In this document: positions 7,977-15,612 of the stretch, piece by piece
How the letters are laid out: each line of letters begins with the position of its first letter
How positions within the stretch are numbered: the first letter of the stretch is position 1
Virus record (IMG/VR): IMGVR_UViG_3300049893_001943
Coordinates: 1-46,854 of that record
Source of the DNA: a virus
Lineage: Duplodnaviria; Caudoviricetes
DNA: 46,854 nt
Strand: one strand, 5' to 3'
Program-made: the position numbers and the translations under genes
The notes under the pieces: model-generated
What the model was told of the DNA's origin: nothing
Database searches by the model: none
Seen by the model: only the letters and a program-made list of their open reading frames with translations

Positions 7977-8130
7977 AGTTTTTTGTTGGTCCTACTTAGT
8001 TATTGCCTTGTGTATTTATGTTTTTTTTATTCGAGATATTGAATGGCATTTTAAAATGGCAAATCTATTATTATTTAATGTTGTTTTGTCTTTTTTTATA
8101 AGTTTGGGAATTTTGTTTTTATGGCAGTAG
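7966..8130 (+). CDS. Small 2-TM membrane protein (54 aa)
   Basis: Hand translation MLLKVFCWSYLVIALCIYVFFIRDIEWHFKMANLLLFNVVLSFFISLGILFLWQ*; SD GAGG; overlaps both neighbours. Confidence 0.55.
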   Translation: MLLKVFCWSYLVIALCIYVFFIRDIEWHFKMANLLLFNVVLSFFISLGILFLWQ

Positions 8131-8309
8131 AAAAAATACACATTTGCGATAGTTGCGAGGCCATCCAAATTGGCGGTTACTTGCCTGACCTGTGGTTTCT
8201 TATGACTCTTAGGCGGGGAGATCGCTATACAGAATTTCATATTTGTGAAAATTGTTTTTTAAAAAATATAAAAGAACAATTTAAGATTGGTAAAAAATAT
8301 GATCTATAA
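8121..8309 (+). CDS. Small Zn-finger protein
   Basis: CDSC...HICENC. Confidence 0.6.
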   Translation: MAVEKIHICDSCEAIQIGGYLPDLWFLMTLRRGDRYTEFHICENCFLKNIKEQFKIGKKYDL

Positions 8310-8314
8310 GACCA

Positions 8315-8506
8315 CTAGCTGGTTGTCCTCGAAGTGATATAGAGCATTTCGAAAATGTGATCTATGAATTTGTCATGAGGTCGGCATATGTCGCAGATTG
8401 CAAAAGGTCTAACATAGTGCGGTGGCTCATCGACTTTGATGGTTATGAGCCATCGAGCCTCTGGATCACCGCACATATCACACTTTGAAAGTTCATCCTT
8501 CGGCAT
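8315..8506 (-). CDS. Small Zn-finger protein
   Basis: CDMC...CDIC. Confidence 0.6.
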   Translation of the reverse strand: MPKDELSKCDMCGDPEARWLITIKVDEPPHYVRPFAICDICRPHDKFIDHIFEMLYITSRTTS

Positions 8507-8693
8507 TAGGCACGGGCACGGGCTTAATATGATCCTTTGGATCGAAGGGCTTTTTTTCCTGAGGTTCAGGCTTTAATTTTTTATAGATTTCATCCAAACA
8601 AAATTTAAGATACTCGTGTTGAGCCGCTGTTCCTTTGAACTCGCGGCAAACCGTTAGTAAATTTTGCATGGCTTCTTCGAGGTTGAATTGCAT
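8493..8693 (-). CDS. Hypothetical helical protein (possible fibre assembly chaperone)
   Basis: SD AAGGA before ATG 8693 (MQFNLEEAM); follows the fibre genes. Confidence 0.55.
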   Translation of the reverse strand: MQFNLEEAMQNLLTVCREFKGTAAQHEYLKFCLDEIYKKLKPEPQEKKPFDPKDHIKPVPVPNAEG

Positions 8694-8709
8694 ATTCAAA
8701 TAATCCTTT

Positions 8710-9489
8710 TTACATAGCGAAAACGGCAACATTAACTTCATAGATATCACCAGAGCCGCCTAAACTTAAACTTAATCTATTCGATCCGTCAACCGAATAA
8801 GTTCTGGCATTAGGTGTGTTAATGCCGCTTGAATGCAGCAGAAGAGTTGGCGTCGTCCAGCCAGACTCAGTGGTTACAACAAAATCTGTAAATCTTTTAC
8901 CTGCATTTGAACCAGTTCCATAGCCCTTAATTATATGCAGAGCAGCCGCTTGGCCGTTTTCAAAAGTAGCTGCGCCTCCACCCGGAGTCACATCTTGCCT
9001 TGGTGGTGAAACTAATTTTGTTTTAGCTGCTGCCAATTGAGTTCCGTTACCGCTTTGTCCTTGCAGAATCCATTGGGCCCCGTAACCAGTGTGGTTTTGG
9101 GTACTACCAGAAAAGCCAAAACTACAAGCACCTGCTCCAGTATATTGAAAGGCCACTACTGGTGTGCCATCGGTCCTAGTCCTGAATTGAACTAATGAGC
9201 CAGCATTATCATAACGGCTATCAAAATAAGTTGTGGTGTTTCCAGAATCATATTGTTGAATTCTAAATCCTGAAGTACCACCTATACCTAGCCTTATTTC
9301 GCCGTCATTGTCATTTGCGCTACCTCTGGCGGTAGAGTAGCCATAAGCAGTAATCTGTTGTGCGGTGGTCGATTTAAATAATTTATGACCACCAAAACTT
9401 TGGGCTACCGTGTTGACAATTCCGCTTTGAGTGAGAGAGGCTTCCCGAAAATCTTGAAACGCTTGTGGCGTAAATGCGCTGTTACTCAT
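8710..9489 (-). CDS. Tail fibre / receptor-binding protein
   Basis: Gly/Ser/Thr-rich beta protein; EASLTQSGIVNTVAQSFGGHKLF fibre-like motif; shares a GAxxFGxxGxxxxH segment with the S74 fibre. Confidence 0.7.
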   Translation of the reverse strand: MSNSAFTPQAFQDFREASLTQSGIVNTVAQSFGGHKLFKSTTAQQITAYGYSTARGSANDNDGEIRLGIGGTSGFRIQQYDSGNTTTYFDSRYDNAGSLVQFRTRTDGTPVVAFQYTGAGACSFGFSGSTQNHTGYGAQWILQGQSGNGTQLAAAKTKLVSPPRQDVTPGGGAATFENGQAAALHIIKGYGTGSNAGKRFTDFVVTTESGWTTPTLLLHSSGINTPNARTYSVDGSNRLSLSLGGSGDIYEVNVAVFAM

Positions 9490-9498
9490 ATTGATTCC

Positions 9499-9882
9499 TT
9501 ATTTTATTTCGTACATGGCTACGTAGTTTAGTTGGCTGTTAGTCGTTGCGCTAGCATTCCATACCAGTTGTAGTTTATTTGTTGCATTATTACTAGAAAC
9601 GAATACAGGAGTTGGAGTAGCTGTTAAATGACAACCAGAACCAGTGCAATCGTCCGATGCCGTTAAATCGCTTGCGATTGGCAGGTTAATCTCTATTAAG
9701 CATTGAGCCGCACTAGCAGCTTGTGCGTTAGCATTGCCTGAAACCATGACCATGCTCCCAACTCGGGTATACTTCATTTCAAAATGTGTGAAGCTAGTCA
9801 GGTTAGAGGAACCGGAAGTTCCCGGACTAAAATTTCCAGAGCTAATATAATTTTTAGGTTCATCATTGAATATATGAGGCAT
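9499..9882 (-). CDS. Stand-alone receptor-binding head-like domain
   Basis: YTRVGSMVMVSG...INLPIA pattern typical of fibre C-terminal beta-sandwich domains. Confidence 0.6.
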   Translation of the reverse strand: MPHIFNDEPKNYISSGNFSPGTSGSSNLTSFTHFEMKYTRVGSMVMVSGNANAQAASAAQCLIEINLPIASDLTASDDCTGSGCHLTATPTPVFVSSNNATNKLQLVWNASATTNSQLNYVAMYEIK

Positions 9883-9885
9883 CGC

Positions 9886-10353
9886 TTAAATCTCCTGAGT
9901 TAAAAATGCGCTACAAGGAACCGAGGCAGCCAATGCTCCGGGTGATTGAGTCATTTTAAATCTGATATAGTTTCCAGATGCAGCCGCAAGGACTCCAGTT
10001 TCCCCAGACGTCTCAGTCGTCCCGTCAAAGAAATAAGGGACAATGGTTTGAGTTAAAACCGTTGAGCTAGGCGAATCGGTGTATGCGATATTTAAAAACC
10101 TAAGATAATATTTTCCTGTTGCCGGACTATAATTAATTTGAAAATTACATTGAGCATTAGCTATATAACCATTAGTTGAGTTCTGATCCCATTGGGCTGC
10201 TATTTTACCAACGCGAATGCCGCTTGCAAGGGTTGCATGAGACCAATCGATATTTAAAACCGTTGCGCCAGGACCGCCAACCCCGACAGCCGAGCTATGC
10301 CTCACACCTTGCAGAGTCCCACTAAAATTTCCTCTAGTATTGACAAGCGTCAT
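9886..10353 (-). CDS. Putative fibre-associated beta protein
   Basis: Beta-rich composition; directly after the S74 fibre gene. Confidence 0.5.
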   Translation of the reverse strand: MTLVNTRGNFSGTLQGVRHSSAVGVGGPGATVLNIDWSHATLASGIRVGKIAAQWDQNSTNGYIANAQCNFQINYSPATGKYYLRFLNIAYTDSPSSTVLTQTIVPYFFDGTTETSGETGVLAAASGNYIRFKMTQSPGALAASVPCSAFLTQEI

Positions 10354-10355
10354 AT

Positions 10356-12332
10356 TTAAACTCCTTTATTTTCTAATGCGACGAGGCGGGCCGAGAGTTC
10401 TTGGATGGCTTTTACAAGTCGTGCGGTGGTTTTATCCCATCCTGTTAAGACTAACATGCCATCTTGAGGGTTTTCGGAAACCACATCAGGATATATCTCT
10501 TGGATCTCTTGAGCGATAAAACCAATCTGATGACCACCTGTTTTATAGTCAAACTCAACTGGTCTAAGAGATAAAATTTTATTTAGTTCGCCATTCAAAT
10601 TCTGGATATTTTCTTTCAACCTAATATCGGAAAATGTACCAAATGCAACTTGTGACGAACCACTAGCATTTATTTGTCCTTGTCCACTACTTCTTTCATT
10701 AATATAAAATTCGATAAACTTTTGAGATGTGGTTAAAGTACTACTTCCCTTACTAATTTGTAAGGCAGGTATTGCATCAGATGAAGTAGATGAACTTCTG
10801 TTATATATTTGTGAAACTGGAGCTGTTATAGATTCATTAAATAAATAATGCGTTGCATCGCTAGATCCTGATGGTAAACCAATTCTAGCTGAACCATTAC
10901 TATCAAATCTCATTGCTCTTGATGAACCAATATAAAAATCAAGAGGTTTTGGATTTCCAGTGTCACTTTCTACGGATTGAATCCAAGCATAATCCCCGGT
11001 TTCGTAGGTTCCAAAATTTAATAAAACAGAGTTAGCTGCGCTTGACGATCTAATATTCAAAGAGTGAGAAAAACTAGCAGGGTTTCCATCTCGGCCATAT
11101 ATTGCATGACCAACACCGCCAGCGTTTGGTCCAAAAGTCCAAGCACCAGTGGTCGAAACTTGACCAGCTACAATTGAGGAATTGTTTGTACGAAACCAAG
11201 TCGTGCCAATTCCTGGTCCTGAAGCAATATTGAATGTTGAAACACCATTAGCTATAAAATCTAGGACCTGATTAGAACTTACTCCGGTTCCTATAATTTG
11301 AACATCAGTATTACCTGATTGCAATTTATGAATCAGAGTTCCGCTGGTTGGTCCAATCGTCAATGCTCCGGTATCAGACCAACTACCTATCTGCGTCCCA
11401 CCATTTTCTTGAAAAACAAACCCACCAGAATCCTTGGCTTTCAGCGTGGAAAACTGAACCAACGTGGAATCAATAGCTAAGGGAAACGTGGCACCAATCG
11501 CAGGGACATTCAAACCATAATTGATTTTTGCGGAAACAAAACCAGTCACGTTTGGCAAGGTCACGCGAATGATCCCAGCCGTGGTGATGATTAGATCAAA
11601 TCCAACTGGCGGTGTGTCGCCAACGTATTGAGGTGATATATTATAGTCAGTCCCTGCACCATTCCGAGCAAAAGGAGCCGAGACAAAGAATTTTAGATCA
11701 GTGGTCGCATCGATCTCAACGTATCCGGCAAGCTCGCCAGCTTGATAAGCCGAGGCATCTTGGACATTCGTAGTCGTATTGTTAAAAAGAGCAATCTCAG
11801 TTCGAGCATTAGTGGACCCAACTACCGCACCCCTAGAGGATCTCACATAGATAACCGTGGTTGAAATAGCCACGCCAATAGGCAAACTCACATGGCCCAA
11901 TACGCTTGGCTCTGTCGCTGTGATGGCCCCTGAAACCGTAGGGCTTAGAAAATAGGCTTCCCCTGCTGTCAACCCAGAAAGGCCCGTAACTTTGCCCTCC
12001 AATGTGATCTCAAAAATATTGGCATCGATGACCCTGCTTACCATGCCCACAATCTCGCTGGTATTGGCAGCGTTTGCCAAGGCCCTGGCGTAAGCCGATC
12101 CGGTATAGTAAAGGATCTCGCCAACCGAAAAACCGTGAGCTGTCTGAGTCACCTTGTCCACCGTGCCACCTGCCCCGATGGCGGTTTCTAGGCCGGTATC
12201 ATCCTGAACCTGGAGGGTCCCCCCTCGGTTTATGATTCTATGTGTCCCTGCTGCTGGGTTTGCAATGGATGCAACCCCGATATCTGTCAATATTGTTGAA
12301 CGAAAACGCGGATTTTGCCCCGTAAATGACAT
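10356..12332 (-). CDS. Tail fibre with C-terminal Peptidase S74 intramolecular chaperone
   Basis: SDIRLKENI autocleavage motif, LRPVEFDYK, GFIAQEIQEIYPDVV, terminal coiled coil LVKAIQELSARLVALE. Confidence 0.92.
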   Translation of the reverse strand: MSFTGQNPRFRSTILTDIGVASIANPAAGTHRIINRGGTLQVQDDTGLETAIGAGGTVDKVTQTAHGFSVGEILYYTGSAYARALANAANTSEIVGMVSRVIDANIFEITLEGKVTGLSGLTAGEAYFLSPTVSGAITATEPSVLGHVSLPIGVAISTTVIYVRSSRGAVVGSTNARTEIALFNNTTTNVQDASAYQAGELAGYVEIDATTDLKFFVSAPFARNGAGTDYNISPQYVGDTPPVGFDLIITTAGIIRVTLPNVTGFVSAKINYGLNVPAIGATFPLAIDSTLVQFSTLKAKDSGGFVFQENGGTQIGSWSDTGALTIGPTSGTLIHKLQSGNTDVQIIGTGVSSNQVLDFIANGVSTFNIASGPGIGTTWFRTNNSSIVAGQVSTTGAWTFGPNAGGVGHAIYGRDGNPASFSHSLNIRSSSAANSVLLNFGTYETGDYAWIQSVESDTGNPKPLDFYIGSSRAMRFDSNGSARIGLPSGSSDATHYLFNESITAPVSQIYNRSSSTSSDAIPALQISKGSSTLTTSQKFIEFYINERSSGQGQINASGSSQVAFGTFSDIRLKENIQNLNGELNKILSLRPVEFDYKTGGHQIGFIAQEIQEIYPDVVSENPQDGMLVLTGWDKTTARLVKAIQELSARLVALENKGV

Positions 12333-12414
12333 GTGAGTTTTCCTCATTTGCTATGTTTGCATGTGTCGCTACAATCATAGCTAACAATGAGACGTATAGC
12401 TATCCTCTACCCAT

Positions 12415-12660
12415 TTAAGTCTCATCCCACGGTTCTTTTGCCAGGGCCACGGCTGCGTTTGCTGTCATCACGGCTTCTCTTAACTTTCTGAGGGCCTCCG
12501 CTCTATCGGCGCAATCAGGAGTGTTCGATATAATCACCTCTGCTAAATGATGCGCGGAAGTCCTTATCGCATTATAATGCTTATTTTTCCATTCTTCGTT
12601 GTGATAGCTGAAAATTTCTTTCAATTTTTCAATGGTAACTTTGTTGCTTGGATGGCTCAT
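12415..12660 (-). CDS. Acb2/Tad1-like helical-hairpin protein (putative immune-signal sponge)
   Basis: FSYH...YNAIR..AHHLAEVI...P..ADRAEALRKLREAVMTANAAVA matches the family pattern FxYH...AxxKLEEAxMWANAAIA. Confidence 0.75.
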   Translation of the reverse strand: MSHPSNKVTIEKLKEIFSYHNEEWKNKHYNAIRTSAHHLAEVIISNTPDCADRAEALRKLREAVMTANAAVALAKEPWDET

Positions 12661-12806
12661 TCTTCAACCTCCAACAAATCTATCTCGCCTTCGTTACTTT
12701 CTTCCCATTTTTCTATAGCTTTTATTTCGGCATCGTGTTTACTTTCGGCTTCAATATCTCGAATCCATGACCCAGAAAATTCTATTTTAACTTTGTATAC
12801 TGGCAT
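12657..12806 (-). CDS. Small acidic protein (49 aa, DpnD/PcfM-like beta-beta-alpha pattern)
   Basis: Hand translation MPVYKVKIEFSGSWIRDIEAESKHDAEIKAIEKWEESNEGEIDLLEVEE*; ATGA overlap with the next gene. Confidence 0.7.
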   Translation of the reverse strand: MPVYKVKIEFSGSWIRDIEAESKHDAEIKAIEKWEESNEGEIDLLEVEE

Positions 12807-13140
12807 TAGCTTTCTCCATTGCAGACTTTTCGTTTAAATATCTAACAAATTCCGTAACAAGTTCTCCCCAAATTATTTTATTTCCATCTTGTAATTGTGC
12901 CCAAAAATTATTTTCTCTCATATATTTATTAATCGAACCTGCATTTTGTTCCGTTATTACTTGTTCTATTGAAAGCTTCTTAACTCCATTCGTATATGCC
13001 CTACCGAGCTTCAAGCAATTAGTTGGATTGCATTTCATCATGAAAGCTTCTCGGTTATTTACTTCAAGCCCTATAAGCAAAGCTTCAATGCAATCTCTGT
13101 AAAACTTTTCAACATTCATAACGTCGTCAATTCCACTCAT
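12787..13140 (-). CDS. Hypothetical protein
   Basis: 117-aa ORF with ATGA coupling to the upstream gene. Confidence 0.7.
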   Translation of the reverse strand: MSGIDDVMNVEKFYRDCIEALLIGLEVNNREAFMMKCNPTNCLKLGRAYTNGVKKLSIEQVITEQNAGSINKYMRENNFWAQLQDGNKIIWGELVTEFVRYLNEKSAMEKANASIQS

Positions 13141-13385
13141 TCCGGTATCTCATGATAGTGTTCTTCAAAGTATTCTTTACTCACAGGCCAAGCATGGTCT
13201 TTGCCAATAATTACATAATCACCTCTATCAGCATATTGATGGCCAGTTTGTGTGATTAAAGCTATTGGTTCTTCTGCAATAAAAAATCTATGGGCAACTG
13301 GCATTTTTATGCATTTGGCCTGTGCCATTTTTTCGATTTCGGCATAATCTTGTTTTTGAGCTGCCACAAAATTAAAATGCTTCAT
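13137..13385 (-). CDS. PGDYG-like small protein
   Basis: ITQTGHQYADRGDYVIIGKDHAWPVSKEYFEEHY resembles the common phage TxEG...GDYII.G...YP....F...Y family. Confidence 0.65.
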   Translation of the reverse strand: MKHFNFVAAQKQDYAEIEKMAQAKCIKMPVAHRFFIAEEPIALITQTGHQYADRGDYVIIGKDHAWPVSKEYFEEHYHEIPE

Positions 13386-13387
13386 GA

Positions 13388-13630
13388 TTATTCCTCTATG
13401 GCTACATCGTAAGCATATATAGGATTATCTGCTTCAGTATATTTTTCCAAAATTTCATCAGCCAATTTTCTCAAAGCATAAGCAAATGCCCTATTGATAT
13501 TTCTACCATGGGCCATGCCTATCACAACTCGATTATCTGGCATTCTTAATACTAAATTTGCAAAAGCAAATTCTTCATTTTCGGCGTGATCTACCGAATA
13601 TCCCAATCCATATAGTTTTGACTTTTCCAT
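13388..13630 (-). CDS. Hypothetical protein, first gene of accessory cassette
   Basis: 80-aa ORF, SD GGAG located inside a hairpin. Confidence 0.7.
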   Translation of the reverse strand: MEKSKLYGLGYSVDHAENEEFAFANLVLRMPDNRVVIGMAHGRNINRAFAYALRKLADEILEKYTEADNPIYAYDVAIEE

Positions 13631-13665
13631 TTACTAGGCTCCGTTATGGGTGAAGCCTAGTAAAT
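13629..13665 (-). promoter_or_regulatory. SD- and start-codon-sequestering hairpin
   Basis: Minus strand ATTTACTAGGCTTC-ACCCATAAC-GGAGCCTAGTAAAT(G): 14-bp stem (one G-U) covering GGAG and the AT of ATG. Confidence 0.7.
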
Positions 13666-13692
13666 CATATCGATGAACGACTATCTATAAAT

Positions 13693-13781
13693 TTTATGGC
13701 AAATTTCAATGGGCCTAGACTTTAAACAATCCTTCAAATCGTCTGAGTAGTCATCTCGGTAACACTGAAAGAGGCCATAAA
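13693..13781 (-). ncRNA. Candidate structured RNA element (multi-stem, unassigned)
   Basis: Nested pairings UUUAUGGC/GCCAUAAA, UUUCAGUG/CAUUGAAA, GAG/CUC, AGAC/GUCU, UUUGAA/UUUAAA; two positions are G-U on the minus strand but A-C on the plus strand. Confidence 0.45.
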
Positions 13782-13795
13782 TCATAAGTATGATT
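13780..13795. promoter_or_regulatory. Operator-like palindrome
   Basis: AATCATA-AG-TATGATT. Confidence 0.4.
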
Positions 13796-13820
13796 ACGGG
13801 CCAAGTTATATTTACTTTTA

Positions 13821-14501
13821 TCATATAATAAACCAATCCGTCCCATCATTAACAAGTGTCCAAGCCCCAAGATCGCTATCTAAAACATAACTTGCCGCCA
13901 CTGTTTCAATGTCTTCGCTGCCAAATCGCGCAACCGTAATAGGATTTGTGCTTGCCGATCCTGTCTTATCCTTGATCCAAATAGGCCGCTTGGTAGCTGC
14001 TGGATCGGGTAAAGTGAGTGTCCTAGCTGCGCTAGTATCGACCAAGTGATATTTACCCTCTTGCAAAGTCACGTTTGCAGCTACGTTTCTAACTACAAAA
14101 TCAACTTTCTTAGAATCAACTACGCCCTGAGTAAGAACAAGGGCAAGATCCCTAGGAGATCCGCTATTGTTTGTCACCCTAATTTTTGTAGTAGTAAAGC
14201 TCGGAGTTGCTAAAATTGCAAAAGAAGAAAGAGCAGGACTAGAAGAATCGGAAATCAAAGTTAGCTCGCCGGTTCCGGTATCCCGCAAGTAAAGGTCATA
14301 GCGAAGATCGGCAAAAGGACATTTGAAGTTATGCTCAAAATCGGTAGAGCTGGCATTGGCCAAAGCGTTGATTGTGAAAAACCGTGAGTTGGTATTGTCT
14401 CCGATCTTTTCGTAGATATCCTCTACCGCTACATGCAAAGCCGCACCGCCGACACTATTAAGCGCGGGATGGTCCAATAAAAGTCTTGATACAATAGTCA
14501 T
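13821..14501 (-). CDS. Tail fibre-associated structural protein
   Basis: C-terminal VDTSAARTLTLP...IKDKTG.A..NPITV...LVNDGTDW module seen in phage fibre proteins. Confidence 0.7.
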   Translation of the reverse strand: MTIVSRLLLDHPALNSVGGAALHVAVEDIYEKIGDNTNSRFFTINALANASSTDFEHNFKCPFADLRYDLYLRDTGTGELTLISDSSSPALSSFAILATPSFTTTKIRVTNNSGSPRDLALVLTQGVVDSKKVDFVVRNVAANVTLQEGKYHLVDTSAARTLTLPDPAATKRPIWIKDKTGSASTNPITVARFGSEDIETVAASYVLDSDLGAWTLVNDGTDWFII

Positions 14502-14506
14502 ATTTT

Positions 14507-14896
14507 CTATTTCCCGTATGTTGCATAGTTAAGTTTTTTTTCCAAAGGATCTCTTTGGGTGATTTTAACTGTACCGTCAGGGAAAACAGAAATTTCCCTT
14601 TCTCTTGCTACAATTTGCAAACCCATAAGCTTACTAATAGGTCTAAAAGTACCTCTAAAATTACCTGGAACACTCGCTATTGCAAGCCATTTAAAAACGC
14701 AATAATCCCAGCCATCGACTTCGGCCAGGGTTTTAATCTCTCTGGTATCAAAATCTTTCCCTTCGATAGACGCCCTAACAAGTCCAGGTTTCAAGCAAAA
14801 TGCGGCCATGTCTTCGGTCCTGGTGGCAGGTCGAGACCATTGGCCCATTTTGCTTGGGTGTTCTAGAAAATCAAAACGCCATCGAATAAGATACAT
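14507..14896 (-). CDS. Hypothetical protein
   Basis: 129-aa ORF tiling within the tail operon. Confidence 0.7.
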   Translation of the reverse strand: MYLIRWRFDFLEHPSKMGQWSRPATRTEDMAAFCLKPGLVRASIEGKDFDTREIKTLAEVDGWDYCVFKWLAIASVPGNFRGTFRPISKLMGLQIVAREREISVFPDGTVKITQRDPLEKKLNYATYGK

Positions 14897-14919
14897 CTTT
14901 GTTCCAAATTAAAATTTGT

Positions 14920-15606
14920 TTACGCCGTATAAGAATAGGCAACCACAGTTTCCCACTGTAAAATCCCGCCATCGCTTTCAGAATCGGCTAAATAGAATCT
15001 TGTTTTGAAATGCCCACGGTCGCCAAGCACTGCATCGGCTGTTTTTCCAATCACACCTGAAATTGGGGTTGTTGCATCAACTTCTACTCCCGCATTATTC
15101 CTTGACATTGCATCGGCGTATAGGGTAAACGCCGTGGCCTCGTTGCGCCCCTCGCCCGTAGCCGCCCCGCCGTTATCCCCAAAGATTCTTACCTGGGTGC
15201 CGATCCGACTTGGGTTGAATTGATTGGCTGCTGAGACTTGCCAATCCATGTCGATGTGCAACCCATTGGCTAGCCCGTCTGAGTTGTTGGCCACCGCGCT
15301 GTTCGAGCCGTTGCCCATATTCAACACCTTGGCTATATCGGCGGCAGCACTGTTGGCCCCACCATACGAAAAACCGGTACCTACGCCAAATTGCTGAATG
15401 AATAAGCGTACTTGGGTTATTTCGTCAATGGTTGCATCGTGGGAAATATAGATCTCCTGCGCCCCAGTATTTCCGGGTTGGGACACAATCGGCGCATACT
15501 GCCCTACGATTACGTTCCCAAGGTCACACCCCGTGCCACCTCCCGCCAAACTATCTGCGAGGCCACCACCGGTCAAAGTTTCTGAAATCGTTAAATTAAC
15601 TGCCAT
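14920..15606 (-). CDS. Putative minor tail/virion protein
   Basis: Gly/Ala-rich acidic beta protein after the tail-tip gene. Confidence 0.6.
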   Translation of the reverse strand: MAVNLTISETLTGGGLADSLAGGGTGCDLGNVIVGQYAPIVSQPGNTGAQEIYISHDATIDEITQVRLFIQQFGVGTGFSYGGANSAAADIAKVLNMGNGSNSAVANNSDGLANGLHIDMDWQVSAANQFNPSRIGTQVRIFGDNGGAATGEGRNEATAFTLYADAMSRNNAGVEVDATTPISGVIGKTADAVLGDRGHFKTRFYLADSESDGGILQWETVVAYSYTA

Positions 15607-15612
15607 ATATTT

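Noticed and set aside
13742-13772. Hammerhead ribozyme on the plus strand (CTGAGTA...GAAA)
   Set aside because: Core deviates from CUGANGA and stems I-III cannot be assembled properly.
13699-13776. c-di-GMP-I riboswitch resemblance on the plus strand (GCAAA...GGCCTA...GGTAAC)
   Set aside because: The GNRA-capped first hairpin is missing and this strand is antisense to the downstream genes; kept only as an unassigned structure.
8710-14501. Diversity-generating retroelement or invertible shufflon acting on the fibre genes
   Set aside because: No reverse transcriptase or site-specific recombinase in the window, no TR/VR pair differing at adenines seen, and all fibre genes are co-oriented.
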